64,000 nt of DNA from Methanospirillum sp. (GTDB taxonomy: Archaea; Halobacteriota; Methanomicrobia; Methanomicrobiales; Methanospirillaceae): assembly GCA_012728895.1 (NCBI GenBank), contig JAAYEG010000065.1, positions 7,538 through 71,537 of the forward strand, read 5' to 3'. The notes below the pieces were generated by a model. That model had not been told where the DNA came from and did no database searches. It saw only the letters and a program-made list of their open reading frames with translations. Positions 1 to 10,075 of this stretch are shown here, one piece after another (within the stretch, counting starts at the first letter, position 1; each line of letters opens with the position of its first letter). The translations under genes were made by a program, and so were the position numbers.

Positions 1-118
1 CCTCGATCCAGACCTCGACCTTCCAGCGGTGGCCGTGGAGGTTGTGGCACCGGCCCTCGTAGTGGAGCAGGCGGTGCGAGGCGTCGAACTCGACCTCCTT
101 GTAGATCCGGACGGTCAT
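1..118 (-). CDS. queD: 6-carboxytetrahydropterin synthase / PTPS-family protein, N-terminal fragment (gene runs off left edge)
   Basis: Own minus-strand translation from ATG at 118..116: MTVRIYKEVEFDASHRLLHYEGRCHNLHGHRWKVEVWIE. This fits the QueD/PTPS N-terminal F-x-A-x-H...C...HGH zinc-site pattern. Confidence 0.7.
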   Translation of the reverse strand, partial: MTVRIYKEVEFDASHRLLHYEGRCHNLHGHRWKVEVWIE

Positions 119-284
119 CACCCCAACCATGGTCGACAGAGAAATATATTATTACCCGGCAGGGGCCAATGATACACCCACGCGGGAACCGGGCGTACGA
201 ATTGATATATTCGCTCCCGTCGCAGTACTGATCTCAGGATCGGTGGCAGCCGTTCTCGATCTCCATACACACTGAGGCCATCCC

Positions 285-713
285 ATGGGACAGGGCAAAT
301 TCGCAGCCAGAAAACTCAAGCGGGACTCGAACCGGTTCCGCTGGAGCGACGTGAACTACGCACGCCGCCTCCTCGGACTCGACATCAAGAGCGACCCGCT
401 CGAGGGCGCGCCCCAGGCGCGCGGCATCGTGCTCGAGAAGGTGGGCGTCGAGGCCAAGCAGCCGAACTCGGCCATCCGCAAGTGCGTCCGGGTGCAGCTG
501 ATCAAGAACGGACGCCAGGTCACCGCGTTCGCCGCGGGCGACGGCGCGATCAACTTCATCGACGAGCACGACGAGGTCGTCGTCGAGGGGATCGGGGGCC
601 GGCTCGGCCGTTCGATGGGCGACATCCCCGGCGTCCGGTTCGTCGTGACGCAGGTCAACAACGTCTCGCTCCACGAGATGGTGATCGGCCGAAAAGAGAA
701 GCCGAGGCGCTGA
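285..713 (+). CDS. rps12: 30S ribosomal protein S12 (uS12)
   Basis: 142-aa ORF containing [19 protein letters not shown] and [10 protein letters not shown], characteristic of uS12. It is the first gene of an S12-S7-EF2 cluster. Confidence 0.95.
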   Translation: MGQGKFAARKLKRDSNRFRWSDVNYARRLLGLDIKSDPLEGAPQARGIVLEKVGVEAKQPNSAIRKCVRVQLIKNGRQVTAFAAGDGAINFIDEHDEVVVEGIGGRLGRSMGDIPGVRFVVTQVNNVSLHEMVIGRKEKPRR

Positions 714-715
714 TC

Positions 716-1327
716 ATGGAGACCGTGGAAGCAGCAAACCCCGGCGAGGAAGAGACCCGGCCCGGCACGCCGCAGCTCCTCTTCAACCTCTACGATGTCG
801 GCGAGGTCGAGATCGAGGACATGGCACTCGATCGCTACGTGAACCTCCATTCGATGATCGTGCCGCACTCCTGCGGCAAGCTCACCGGCGGCGACTTCCA
901 GAAGAGCCAGATGCTGATCGTCGAGCGGCTGATCAACCGGCTGATGCAGACCGAGCACAACACGGGCAAGAAGCAGCTGGCCATCCGGATCGTCAAGGAC
1001 GCGTTCGCGATCATCGCGCAGAAGACCGACAAGAACCCCGTCCAGGTGCTGGTCGAGGCCGTCGCGAACGCGGGCCCCCGCGAGGAGACCGTCCGGCTCA
1101 AGTACGGCGGGATCAACGTCCCCAAGTCCGTCGACACCGCGCCCCAGCGGCGGGTCGACTCGGCGCTCAAGTTCATCACCGAGGGCACCCAGAAGAACTC
1201 CCGGGGCAAGAAGTCGGTCGCCGCGGCGCTCGCCGACGAGCTGATCGCGGCGTCGAAGGGCGACATGAGGGCCTACTCGGTCGCGAAGAAGGAAGAGCGC
1301 GAGCGGATTGCGAAGTCCGCCCGCTAG
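716..1327 (+). CDS. rps7: 30S ribosomal protein S7 (uS7)
   Basis: In-frame ATG at 716, 2 nt after the rps12 stop (METVEAAN...). Contains [15 protein letters not shown] and [22 protein letters not shown]. The 482 start in the ORF track is an Arg-rich extension overlapping rps12. Confidence 0.9.
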   Translation: METVEAANPGEEETRPGTPQLLFNLYDVGEVEIEDMALDRYVNLHSMIVPHSCGKLTGGDFQKSQMLIVERLINRLMQTEHNTGKKQLAIRIVKDAFAIIAQKTDKNPVQVLVEAVANAGPREETVRLKYGGINVPKSVDTAPQRRVDSALKFITEGTQKNSRGKKSVAAALADELIAASKGDMRAYSVAKKEERERIAKSAR

Positions 1328-1355
1328 ATACCGATACCCCTTTTCCGGAACCACT

Positions 1356-3548
1356 ATGGCACGCGGTAAGAAGATGGTGGACCGTGTCACGGAGCTCATG
1401 GACAAGCCTGAGCAGATCCGTAACATCGGGATCGTTGCGCATATCGACCACGGCAAGACCACGCTCTCGGACAACCTGCTCGCCGGCGCGGGCATGATCT
1501 CGGAGGAGCTGGCGGGCCGGCAGCTCTTCATGGACTCCGACGAGGAGGAGCAGGCCCGCGGGATCACGATCGACGCCTCGAACGTCTCGATGGTCCACGA
1601 GTACGAGGGGCGGGAGTACCTGATCAACATGATCGACACCCCCGGCCACGTCGACTTCGGCGGGGACGTCACCCGCGCCATGCGCGCGGTGGACGGCGCC
1701 GTGGTGGTCGTGGACGCGGTCGAGGGGACGATGCCCCAGACCGAGACGGTGCTCCGGCAGGCCCTCAAGGAGGGGGTCGTGCCCGTTCTCTTCGTCAACA
1801 AGGTCGACCGGCTGATCAACGAGCTCAAGGTGGACGAGCAGGAGATGCAGATCCGGCTCGGGCGCGTGATCGACAAGGTCAACAAGCTGATCAGGGGCAT
1901 GAACGAGGAGGCCTACAAGGCGGGCTGGCGGCTCGACGCGGCCCAGGGCACGGTCGCCTTCGGCTCGGCGCTCTACAACTGGGCCGTCTCGGCCCCGTTC
2001 ATGAAGACCTCGGGGGTCTCGTTCAAGGAGGTCTACGAGAAGTGCCGCGCGGGCGAGATGAAGGAGCTCGCGAAACGCTCGCCGCTCTCGTCGGTCCTGC
2101 TCGACATGGTCGTGCGCCACCTCCCGGACCCGTTCGACGCGCAGAAGCGCCGGATCGGCGTGATCTGGCACGGCGACCGGGAGTCGCCCGAGGGGAAGGC
2201 CATGTACGCCTGCGACCCGAACGGCCCGATCTCGATGATGGTGACGGACATCTCGTTCGACCCGCACGCGGGCGAGGTGGCGACGGGCCGGCTCTTCTCG
2301 GGCACGATCCGCCGCGGCGCCGAGCTCTACGTGATGGGCGCGGCCCAGCGGGCGAACCGGATCCAGCAGGCGGGTATCTTCATGGGCCCCACGCGGATCG
2401 AGGTCGAGTCCCTGCCGGCCGGGAACATCGCCGCGGTGACGGGGCTCAAGGACGCGATCGTCGGGTCGACGGTGACTTCCTTACGCGAGATGACCCCGTT
2501 CGAGTCCCTGAAGCACTACTCCGAGCCGGTCATGACGGTGGCCGTCGAGGCCAAGAACATGAAGGACCTGCCGAAGCTCGTCGAGGTGCTGCGGCAGGTG
2601 GCGAAAGAGGACCCGACCCTCGCGGTCACGATCAACGAGGAGACCGGCGAGCACCTGATCGCCGGGATGGGCGAGCTCCACCTCGAGATCATCACGGGCC
2701 GGATCAAGCGCGACAAGGGGGTCGAGATCGTGACCTCGCCCCCGATCGTGGTCTACCGCGAGACGCCGGCCGGGAAGGCCACGGCGGTCGAGGGGAAGTC
2801 GCCGAACCGGCACAACCGGTTCTATATCGACATCGAGCCCCTGGACGACGAGATCGTCCGGATGATCCGGGAGGGCGAGGTCTCGATGAACCAGCCCGCG
2901 CTCGAGCGGCGCGACATCCTGGTCGCGGCAGGGATGGACAAGGACGAGGCCAAGTCGGTGAAAGACATCTACGGCACGAACATGTTCATCGACATGACCA
3001 AGGGGATCCAGTACCTGAACGAGACGATGGAGCTGATCCTCGAGGGCGTGCACGAGGCGCTCGCCGGCGGGCCGCTCGCCGACGAGAAGGTCCAGAACAC
3101 GAAGATGCGGCTCGTGGACGTCAAGCTCCACGAGGACGCGATCCACCGCGGGCCGGCGCAGGTGATCCCGGCCTCGCGCTCGGCGGTCAAGGCGGGGCTG
3201 CTGATCGCGGACGACTCGCTCCTCGAGCCGATGCAGAAGATCTCGATCACGGTCCCGACCGACCAGATGGGCGCGGCGACGTCGCAGGTCCAGGGCCGGC
3301 GCGGGCAGGTCTTCGACATCACCTCCGAGGGCGACACGGTCACGGTCGTGGGCAAGGCCCCCGTCGCCGAGCTCTTCGGGTTCGCCGGCGACATCCGCTC
3401 GGCTACCGAGGGGCGCGCGATGTGGTCGACCGAGTTCGCCGGGTTCGAGATCGTGCCGTCGTCGATGATCAAGGACGTCGTGATGGCCATCCGGAAGCGG
3501 AAGGGGCTCAAGGAGCAGCTCCCGCGGCCCGAGGACTACCTCGCCTGA
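1356..3548 (+). CDS. fusA: translation elongation factor 2 (aEF-2)
   Basis: [11 protein letters not shown]... start; GTPase motifs [17 protein letters not shown] and NKVDR; [11 protein letters not shown] (diphthamide-His loop region); 730 aa. Confidence 0.95.
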   Translation: MARGKKMVDRVTELMDKPEQIRNIGIVAHIDHGKTTLSDNLLAGAGMISEELAGRQLFMDSDEEEQARGITIDASNVSMVHEYEGREYLINMIDTPGHVDFGGDVTRAMRAVDGAVVVVDAVEGTMPQTETVLRQALKEGVVPVLFVNKVDRLINELKVDEQEMQIRLGRVIDKVNKLIRGMNEEAYKAGWRLDAAQGTVAFGSALYNWAVSAPFMKTSGVSFKEVYEKCRAGEMKELAKRSPLSSVLLDMVVRHLPDPFDAQKRRIGVIWHGDRESPEGKAMYACDPNGPISMMVTDISFDPHAGEVATGRLFSGTIRRGAELYVMGAAQRANRIQQAGIFMGPTRIEVESLPAGNIAAVTGLKDAIVGSTVTSLREMTPFESLKHYSEPVMTVAVEAKNMKDLPKLVEVLRQVAKEDPTLAVTINEETGEHLIAGMGELHLEIITGRIKRDKGVEIVTSPPIVVYRETPAGKATAVEGKSPNRHNRFYIDIEPLDDEIVRMIREGEVSMNQPALERRDILVAAGMDKDEAKSVKDIYGTNMFIDMTKGIQYLNETMELILEGVHEALAGGPLADEKVQNTKMRLVDVKLHEDAIHRGPAQVIPASRSAVKAGLLIADDSLLEPMQKISITVPTDQMGAATSQVQGRRGQVFDITSEGDTVTVVGKAPVAELFGFAGDIRSATEGRAMWSTEFAGFEIVPSSMIKDVVMAIRKRKGLKEQLPRPEDYLA

Positions 3549-3550
3549 TC

Positions 3551-3556
3551 TTTTTT
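3551..3556 (+). terminator. oligo-T tract directly after EF-2 stop
   Basis: TGA at 3546..3548 is followed by tcTTTTTTcc. Archaeal terminators are typically oligo-T. Confidence 0.5.
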
Positions 3557-3907
3557 CCGGACTGTCCTGCGAAACTGTCCCGGAACCCGGGCTCGAGCGG
3601 TTCTGCTGTCCCGGGTTCCCCGGTGTCCTTTTTTCCCTGCATGGCGAACGCGGGGACGCGACAGACCTCCGCGCCCGGGGACGGACCCCGGGACCGGAGT
3701 TCGGGACGGCCCTGCGGCGTACGCCGGGGGGGGCACCGATCCCCGGTCGGGGGACGGGGAGCCGGCAGTAATCCCCCGTCATGCGCGGTGACAAGGACCG
3801 GCGCGGTTGGCGTGAAACCGAAAAAAACGGTGCCGGGGAACTCCCGGCGGATCGGTACGACGAACGACCCGGCTCCGGTTCCGGGGGTGACGTGCGAACG
3901 TCCCGGT

Positions 3908-4369
3908 TCAGGACCCCTCGATCAGTTCCTCGACGATCCCGCGCCCGGCCGGGTCGTCGGCGAAGGCGGTCTCGACCGCGGCCCGGGCGCTCTCGTCCCC
4001 GATCTTCGAGAGCGCGGCAGCGGCCATCCAGCGGCAGCACTCGTTCTCCCCGTTCAGGTTCGCGAGCAGCGAATCGAGCGCGCGGTCGTCGCCGATGTGC
4101 TCGAGTGCCCAGATCGCCGGGACCCGGACCTGGTAGTCGTCGTGCTTGGCCGCGACCACGAGCACGTCGACGGCCGGCGCGCCGATCCGCTCGAGGGCGA
4201 CGGCGGCCCGCCACCGGGTCTCGCGCTCCGACGATGCGAGCAGGGTCGCGACCGGGCTCACCGCGTCGTCGCCGTACACCGCGACCGACTGGGCGGCCTC
4301 GAGCATCTGGTAGGTCGTTCCCTGGACGAGGCTCTCGACGAGCTCGCTGACGGACTGCTGTTTCTCCAT
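3908..4369 (-). CDS. HEAT-repeat (PBS-lyase HEAT-like) protein, paralog A
   Basis: MEKQQSVSELVESL... start preceded by GGAGAGGAGAG. Repeated units RWRAAVALERIG / VRVPAIWALEHIG / CRWMAAAALSKIG. Close paralog of 20515..20976. Confidence 0.85.
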   Translation of the reverse strand: MEKQQSVSELVESLVQGTTYQMLEAAQSVAVYGDDAVSPVATLLASSERETRWRAAVALERIGAPAVDVLVVAAKHDDYQVRVPAIWALEHIGDDRALDSLLANLNGENECCRWMAAAALSKIGDESARAAVETAFADDPAGRGIVEELIEGS

Positions 4370-4417
4370 CTCTCCTCTCCTTTTGCCGATTCTTTCGACA
4401 CAACGACCTCTCTTCCG

Positions 4418-4446
4418 GGATGTAATGGATTTTTGCCAGACGACGT
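4418..4446 (-). promoter_or_regulatory. conserved promoter-like motif upstream of HEAT paralog A
   Basis: Minus-strand GACGTCGTCTGGCAAAAATCCATTACATCC is nearly identical to 20426..20456 upstream of paralog B. It contains an A-rich BRE-like run plus an ATTA(C/T)AT TATA-like core. Confidence 0.5.
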
Positions 4447-4473
4447 TGCACGGCATCGATGCCGGGCGATACG

Positions 4474-4481
4474 AAAAAAAA
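4474..4481 (-). terminator. T8 tract (minus strand) 14 nt after Yip1-like gene stop
   Basis: A8 on the plus strand at 4474..4481. The stop of 4495..5091 lies at 4495..4497. Confidence 0.5.
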
Positions 4482-4494
4482 CGGGACGACGGGG

Positions 4495-5091
4495 TCAGCC
4501 CAGGAGGCCCAGCAGGTCGGCGAGGCCGGACGCGACGGCAAGGCCGAAGAGCCCGAGGACCCACGCCACCGTCAGGTAGAGCACGAGGGCGACCACGGCC
4601 ACGGCCACGGCCTTCCCGGCATCCACCGCGTAGAGCTTCTGGACGCCGATGACGGTCAGGGCGACCGCCCAGAGCTGGGAGAGAAGCCAGCCGACGACCG
4701 GGATCCAGCCGAACAGCAGGTACGGGGTCTGGGCGTAGACGGCCACCCGGAACGCGTCGGCGAACTCGCCCCGCCCCCCGAGGGAGTTCGCCCCGATCTG
4801 GAGCACGATCGCCCAGATCACCAGGGTGAAGAGCCCCCAGGCGCAGGTGAAGGCCAGGGCCCAGACGAACGACATCAGGCCGTCCTCCGGCCCGGTGCTG
4901 ATCCCGAGGGCGCTTCCATCCATCACGGAGAACCCCAGGGAGACCATCACCCCGGCGAGGATCGACATCACGGCGAGCAGCAGCAGGTAGTAGACCGCAG
5001 CGTCGGCCACCGGCTCGTGCCGGACGGCGTGGAACGTTTCAGCGGGGCGCACGAGGAAGCCGGCGATCTTGGCGGCGAACGATGGTGCCAT
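4495..5091 (-). CDS. Yip1-domain integral membrane protein, paralog A
   Basis: 198 aa. N-terminal cytosolic segment IAGFLVRPAETFHAVRHEP followed by about 5 hydrophobic helices. Paralog of 6567..7214. Confidence 0.8.
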   Translation of the reverse strand: MAPSFAAKIAGFLVRPAETFHAVRHEPVADAAVYYLLLLAVMSILAGVMVSLGFSVMDGSALGISTGPEDGLMSFVWALAFTCAWGLFTLVIWAIVLQIGANSLGGRGEFADAFRVAVYAQTPYLLFGWIPVVGWLLSQLWAVALTVIGVQKLYAVDAGKAVAVAVVALVLYLTVAWVLGLFGLAVASGLADLLGLLG

Positions 5092-5333
5092 GCAGTAGCA
5101 TGCACGAACCCCGATAGAAAGGTTCCGATTCGCTGTTCCAACGGCGATACGGACGGTAAAAGAGTCTCGTGGTCACGGACGGGGTCCACGGTCGCCGGGG
5201 GAGAGCGCCACGGAAGAGGCAGGGGGTTCGCGATGGGGCGTCCCGGGACGATGGGCGCTGGCGCGGGCGAGATCAACGGGCCCGCCCGGGTGCGAGCCCG
5301 CGCTGCCGCCCGAAGGAGCGTCTTTCCGTGACC

Positions 5334-6470
5334 CTACTCGACCACCAGGGTCCCCATCCGGTGCGGGCTCGGGACCCCGCAGGCGATCACGTAGCGCCCG
5401 GGAGCGGCGGGTGCGGTGAAGGTGTATTCCACGACGGCCGGCCCCTTCACGGGGGCGCCCTCGAAGATCGGGTCGTCCCAGTCCTCGTCGGCGAAGATGG
5501 AGACGCTGTGCGTCGTCCAATCACGGTTGTCGAAGACGAGCGTCACCCGGGCGCCTGCCGGGACGGTGAGCGTGGACGGGGAGAACCCCGATTCGGGGTT
5601 GGATGAGTCCGCGACGAGCTCGACGGTGACCGCGGGTGGCGGTGTCGCGGTCGCCGTGGGAGACGGTGTCGCGGTCGCCGTGGGGGACGGTGTCGGCGCG
5701 GCGGTATCGCCGCCGATGAGCCCCGCCAGGATCGCGCGGTTCGCGGCGGCGTCCGCCCCGAACGCCTCCGAGGAGAGGAGGGCGGCGAAGAGGTCCATCG
5801 CCGTCCCGGCCTCCCGGACGACCGCGTCCCGGTCGCCGGCCGTGACCGCGCCGTAGGCGAGCGCGGAGTGCTGCCACCCCCTGGCGCAGGTCGCGAACTC
5901 GTCCATGTAGGCCCCCTTCGCCTCCAGGATCGGCACGATCAGGGCCGTGTAATCCGTGCCGTCGCCGAACGCGGTCCCTGAGTAGGAGGCCGCGAGGAGC
6001 GTCGACCTCGCGCGTTCGAAGAGTGTGCTCGACGACTCGAAGACCCCGGCCGCCTCGCCGAACCGGGCAGCGGCCGCCGCGTAGTCTCCTTCGTCCATCA
6101 GGACGCGGCCCTCGGCGTAGGTGTCCGCCCCCGCGTACATCGCGAGCGCGGCGTCGGCGAGGTCGACGTACGCGGCTGAGATCGACCGGATCAGCGCCAG
6201 GTTCGCCGCGTTTTCCGGGTCGTCCACCGCAGCGGCGGCCTCGAGGCAGGCGGCGTACGCCCCCCGCGCCCCGGCCAGGTTCTGCCGGATCTCCCCGACC
6301 TCGCTCGCGCTCCAGGCCCGCGCCCAGGAGTCGCCGGCGGCCGCGTAGAGCGTCCGGACGTCGTCGTAGGTCGGGCCGGCGGGCGCCGCGGCGCACGGGG
6401 CGGTCGAGAGGGCGAGGGCGATCGCGATCGCGAGGGCGAGCGTCGCCGGGAAAAGGTTGCGGCCTGACAT
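5334..6470 (-). CDS. secreted two-domain protein: Ala-rich helical N-domain, Pro/Thr linker, C-terminal cupredoxin-like domain
   Basis: Start chosen at MSGRNLFPATLALAIAIALALSTAPCAAA (signal peptide). Linker is PTPSPTATATPSPTATATPPP. C-terminus is TLTVPAGARVTLVFDNRDWTTHSV...GRYVIACGVPSPHRMGTLVVE, a His...Cys...His...Met pattern. Confidence 0.7.
   Translation of the reverse strand: MSGRNLFPATLALAIAIALALSTAPCAAAPAGPTYDDVRTLYAAAGDSWARAWSASEVGEIRQNLAGARGAYAACLEAAAAVDDPENAANLALIRSISAAYVDLADAALAMYAGADTYAEGRVLMDEGDYAAAAARFGEAAGVFESSSTLFERARSTLLAASYSGTAFGDGTDYTALIVPILEAKGAYMDEFATCARGWQHSALAYGAVTAGDRDAVVREAGTAMDLFAALLSSEAFGADAAANRAILAGLIGGDTAAPTPSPTATATPSPTATATPPPAVTVELVADSSNPESGFSPSTLTVPAGARVTLVFDNRDWTTHSVSIFADEDWDDPIFEGAPVKGPAVVEYTFTAPAAPGRYVIACGVPSPHRMGTLVVE
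5641..5699. repeat. 24-nt tandem repeat (2.4 copies) encoding the Pro/Thr/Ala linker
   Basis: ggtgtcgcggtcgccgtggg(a/g)gac is repeated at 5641..5664 and 5665..5688, with a partial third copy. Confidence 0.85.
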
Positions 6471-6566
6471 GGCATGGGGATCGCCCGCTGAGGATATAAG
6501 CTTTGACCATGGGGGATTCACGGTCCCCCCGGCCCGGACGGTCGGCGATGCAGAGAGAAGAGGGGG

Positions 6567-7214
6567 TCAGGTGGAGACGACGGTCACCACCGGGAGCGGC
6601 CCTCCCGAGCTCGAGAAGATTCCGAAGAGGGCGAAGAGCGCCACCCCGATCACGACGGCCAGGATCACCAGGATGAGCAGGATGATCCCGATCGCGATCA
6701 CGACGGCGATGATGGCCCGCCCGGTGTCGAGCTCGTGGAGTTCGCGCACCCCCAGGACGAGCAGCACCACGGACCAGATAAAGAAGACCAGGCCCAGGAT
6801 CCAGCCGATCACGGGGATGATCACGAGCCAGCCGAGGAGCATGGACGGGGTCAGGGAGTAGACCGACGACTTGAGCGAGTCGGCGAAGTCCCCGCGGCCC
6901 CCCGCGAACCGGGCGCCGACGTGCAGGAAGACCGAGAGGACGATCAGCACGACGATGCCGCCGATAAACGCGGCGACCAGGCTGCCGACGAAGTCCAGCG
7001 CCCCGGTGGTCGCGCCGATGCCGAAGGTGGACTCCACCGACTCGACGGCACTGAACCCGAGGACCGAGAGGACGGCGGTGATGAGCGCGTTGATCACCAG
7101 CAGGACCAGGAAGTAGATCCCGGCGTCGACCACCGTCTCGTCCCTGGCATCGCGGAACGTCCCGACGGGCCGTAGGATGAAGCCGACGAGCTTCTCTGTC
7201 AGCGGGATAGCCAT
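6567..7214 (-). CDS. Yip1-domain integral membrane protein, paralog B
   Basis: MAIPLTEKLVGFILRPVGTFRDARDE aligns with the paralog A N-terminus. The ATG at 7214 lies ~27 nt downstream of a TTATAT box, which suggests a leaderless transcript. The ORF-track start at 7235 is less likely. Confidence 0.8.
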   Translation of the reverse strand: MAIPLTEKLVGFILRPVGTFRDARDETVVDAGIYFLVLLVINALITAVLSVLGFSAVESVESTFGIGATTGALDFVGSLVAAFIGGIVVLIVLSVFLHVGARFAGGRGDFADSLKSSVYSLTPSMLLGWLVIIPVIGWILGLVFFIWSVVLLVLGVRELHELDTGRAIIAVVIAIGIILLILVILAVVIGVALFALFGIFSSSGGPLPVVTVVST

Positions 7215-7238
7215 ATCCTGAGCATGGGAATCCATCAG

Positions 7239-7244
7239 ATATAA
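7239..7244 (-). promoter_or_regulatory. TATA-like box for leaderless Yip1 paralog B
   Basis: Minus-strand TTATAT is centred ~27 nt upstream of ATG 7214. Confidence 0.4.
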
Positions 7245-7304
7245 GGCCGCGCCCCGCCGGATCCTGCCGAATCCTTGATAAACCCCCGCCGCGATCGGTT
7301 ATCC

Positions 7305-7790
7305 ATGGAGAAGCGTTCAGTCCAGTCGGGAGTCCCCGGCATTCTCAGGCCGTTCAGGGAGTATCTTACGGGGCTCGGGCTCGTCGAGGGCGACCAGGTG
7401 GTCTACATCGGCGTGCCCGGGACCTGCACGCCGTTCGTCGAGCTGCTCGCGTTCGCCACCCGGTCCCTCCCGGTGACCCAGATCTTCGTGCCCGGCGTGG
7501 ACGAGTCCGGGGCCCGCCGGCTCGAGCCGGTCCCGAAGGTCGGCATGCAGCCCGCCGGCCCGGCCGATACCCTGCATCCCCGCGTCATCGTCGTGATGGG
7601 CGGGCTCGCGATGGACAACAGCGGCGTCGAGGTGGAGCAGGTACTCGCGTTCCTGGACCGGTACCCGACGGCGCAGCTCGCCGGGGTCTGCTTCCAGAAG
7701 ATGTTCGAGAAGGCGGGCTGGTGCGAGCGGGTGCCGTTCGAGTTCATGATCGATGCGGCCATCGACCCGGTCGAGGTCTGGAGCGACTGA
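7305..7790 (+). CDS. conserved hypothetical protein (possibly an archaeal DUF2124-type protein)
   Basis: ATG at 7305 (MEKRSVQSG...). Coding-like high GC3. No diagnostic motif recognised; the family guess is from memory only. Confidence 0.55.
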   Translation: MEKRSVQSGVPGILRPFREYLTGLGLVEGDQVVYIGVPGTCTPFVELLAFATRSLPVTQIFVPGVDESGARRLEPVPKVGMQPAGPADTLHPRVIVVMGGLAMDNSGVEVEQVLAFLDRYPTAQLAGVCFQKMFEKAGWCERVPFEFMIDAAIDPVEVWSD

Positions 7791-7865
7791 GAGGGGGTCC
7801 GGCGCCGGGGCACCCGCAGCACAAAGCCAATTAGCCCGCGGGCCCCACTGATCTCGGGTTTTTTG

Positions 7866-9158
7866 ATGCGGACGCCGATAGCAAAGGTCACCCCCGGGCT
7901 CGAGCACGCGAAGGTCGTCGGGTTCGTCCACGAGATCCGGGACCTCGGGGGGCTCACGTTCGTCCTCCTGCGCGACCGGACCGGGATCCTGCAGGTCACG
8001 GTCCCGAAGAAGAGGGTCCCCCCCGGCGTCGCCGAGGCCGTCCGCTCGGTCTCGCGTGAGTCGGTGGTCGTGGTCTCCGGGAAGATCGCGGCGACGGAGA
8101 AGGCGCCCGGCGGGCGCGAGCTCGTCCCGAGCTCGTTCGAGGTCGTCTCGCGGGCCGAGTCGCCGCTCCCGCTCGACGTCGCCGAGAAGGTGCCGGCCGA
8201 GATCGATACCCGCCTGGACGTCCGGTTCCTCGACGCCCGGCGCCCGCGGATCGCGGCCATCTTCGAGGTCCGGTCCGCCGTCCTCCACGAGGTCGCGCGG
8301 TTCCTGCACCGGCACGAATTCGTCCAGATCACGACCCCGAAGATCGTCGCCGCCGCGACCGAGGGCGGGACCGAGCTCTTCCCGATCGCCTACTTCGAGA
8401 AGGAGGCCTTCCTGAACCAGTCGCCCCAGCTCTACAAGCAGATGATGATGGGGGCCGGTTTCGAGAAGGTCTTCGAGATCGGGCCGATCTTCCGGGCCGA
8501 GGAGCACAACACCACGCGCCACCTCAACGAGGCGACCTCGATCGACGTCGAGGCCTCGTTCGCCGACCAGGAGGACGTGATGCACCTCCTCGAGGACCTC
8601 GTCTCCTCGTGCTACGGGCACGTCGCGGCCACCTGCGCCGACGCCCTCGGACGGGGAGGGTTCGAGCCCCTCGACGTCCCGCGGACCCCCTTCCCGCGCC
8701 TCCCCTACACCGAGGCGATCGAGATCGCGGCCGACGGGATCGAGGAGCCGATCGGGTTCGGCGACGACCTCTCCCCGGCGGCCGAGAGGGCGATCGGCGA
8801 AGAGATGGGCGGGCACTACTTCGTCGTGGACTGGCCGACCGCGATCCGGCCGTACTACGCGATGCCGTACGACGACGACCCGTCCCTGTGCCGGGCGTTC
8901 GACCTGATGCACCCCCGGATGGAGCTCTCGTCGGGGGCCCAGCGGGTCCACGACCACGAGATGCTCGAGCGGCAGCTCGTTGCCAAGGGGCTCGACCCGG
9001 CCTCGTTCGAGTTCTACCTCCGGCCGTTCCGGTACGGGATGCCGCCGCACGCGGGCTGGGGCCTGGGGGTCGAGCGGTTCGTGATGACGATGCTCGGGCT
9101 CTCCAACGTCCGGGAGGCCGTCCTCTTCCCGAGGGACCGGCACCGCCTCGTGCCATGA
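7866..9158 (+). CDS. aspS: aspartyl-tRNA synthetase, archaeal type
   Basis: OB-fold N-terminus ([24 protein letters not shown]). Class II motifs [14 protein letters not shown] and [16 protein letters not shown]-terminal [10 protein letters not shown]. Confidence 0.9.
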   Translation: MRTPIAKVTPGLEHAKVVGFVHEIRDLGGLTFVLLRDRTGILQVTVPKKRVPPGVAEAVRSVSRESVVVVSGKIAATEKAPGGRELVPSSFEVVSRAESPLPLDVAEKVPAEIDTRLDVRFLDARRPRIAAIFEVRSAVLHEVARFLHRHEFVQITTPKIVAAATEGGTELFPIAYFEKEAFLNQSPQLYKQMMMGAGFEKVFEIGPIFRAEEHNTTRHLNEATSIDVEASFADQEDVMHLLEDLVSSCYGHVAATCADALGRGGFEPLDVPRTPFPRLPYTEAIEIAADGIEEPIGFGDDLSPAAERAIGEEMGGHYFVVDWPTAIRPYYAMPYDDDPSLCRAFDLMHPRMELSSGAQRVHDHEMLERQLVAKGLDPASFEFYLRPFRYGMPPHAGWGLGVERFVMTMLGLSNVREAVLFPRDRHRLVP

Positions 9159-10051
9159 GCCTGCCGCCGGTCCTCCTGCCGACGACCGTGGTCGGGTCCT
9201 ACCCGCCGGTCGAGGGGCGGGGACTCTGGTCCCGCCTGGACCCCCACCGGGCCGCCCGCGAGACCGCGGTCTCCGACCAGCTCCGGGCCGGGGTCGAGAT
9301 CGTCTCGGACGGCCAGGTCAGGGCGGACATGATCTCGGCCTTCGCCGGGCACCTCCCGGGGGTCCGCGACGGGAGGGTGATCGGCCGGATCGAGCCCCCG
9401 GCACGGCCGATCACGGTCGAGGACACCCGGTACGCGCTCTCCGTGGCCCCGTTCGTGAAGGGGATCCTGACCGGGCCCACCACCCTCGCGCACGCGCTCC
9501 ACCTGGACACGCGCGTCTACCGCGACCGGCAGGACCTGGCCCTCGACCTGGCGGCGGTCCTCGCCCGGGAGGCCCGGGCGCTCGTCGGGGAGGGGGTCTG
9601 CATGCTCCAGGTCGACGAGCCGATCCTCTCGACCGGCGCCGCCGACCCTGCCGCGGCCGGGGAGGCGATCGGGCGGATCGCCTCCGGGCTCTCGGTCCCG
9701 GTCGCGCTCCACGCCTGCGGCCCGGTCGGGGAGATGATCGACGACCTGCTCCGGTACCCCGTCCAGGTCCTGGACCTGGAGTTCGCCGGGCACCCGGGGA
9801 ACCTGGAGGTCGTGGCCGCGCGGGAGCTCGGCGACAAGCGTATCGGGCTCGGCGCGGTCGTCTCCTCCTCGGACGAGGTCGAGACGGTCGGGACCATCCG
9901 CGCCCGGGTCGAGCGCGGGGTCGCGGCCTTCGGGCCCGGGCGGCTCCTGGTCGACCCCGACTGCGGGCTCCGGATGCGGTCGCGCGAGGCCGCCTTCGCC
10001 AAGCTCTCGCGGATGGTCGAGGCCGTCCGCGAGGTCCGGGCGGAGCTCTGA
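9155..10051 (+). CDS. metE: cobalamin-independent methionine synthase homolog (short archaeal MetE type)
   Basis: ATG overlaps the aspS stop (ATGA). Contains [23 protein letters not shown] and VDPDCGLRMRS (Zn-ligand-like His/Cys). 298 aa, the size of the archaeal single-domain MetE homologs. Confidence 0.8.
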   Translation: MSLPPVLLPTTVVGSYPPVEGRGLWSRLDPHRAARETAVSDQLRAGVEIVSDGQVRADMISAFAGHLPGVRDGRVIGRIEPPARPITVEDTRYALSVAPFVKGILTGPTTLAHALHLDTRVYRDRQDLALDLAAVLAREARALVGEGVCMLQVDEPILSTGAADPAAAGEAIGRIASGLSVPVALHACGPVGEMIDDLLRYPVQVLDLEFAGHPGNLEVVAARELGDKRIGLGAVVSSSDEVETVGTIRARVERGVAAFGPGRLLVDPDCGLRMRSREAAFAKLSRMVEAVREVRAEL

Positions 10052-10075
10052 GGAGGGGCCGGCCGGACCCGTGGC

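Noticed and set aside
356-1900. 514-aa minus-strand ORF antisense to rps12/rps7/EF-2. Similar long ORFs include 1176..2267, 2042..4579, 2481..4541, 7317..9143, 9014..10396, 13751..15988, 28679..32593, 32744..34273, 45637..47550 and 53086..56136.
   Set aside because: Their translations are dominated by Arg/Pro/Gly/Asp without motifs, and they overlap genes with unambiguous family signatures in another frame. These are typical open-frame artefacts of ~2/3 G+C DNA.
4451-4464. Perfect palindrome CGGCATCGATGCCG as a specific operator.
   Set aside because: It has no counterpart upstream of the HEAT paralog at 20515. A 14-mer palindrome is expected by chance several times in this much DNA. It is kept only as a note within the HEAT finding.
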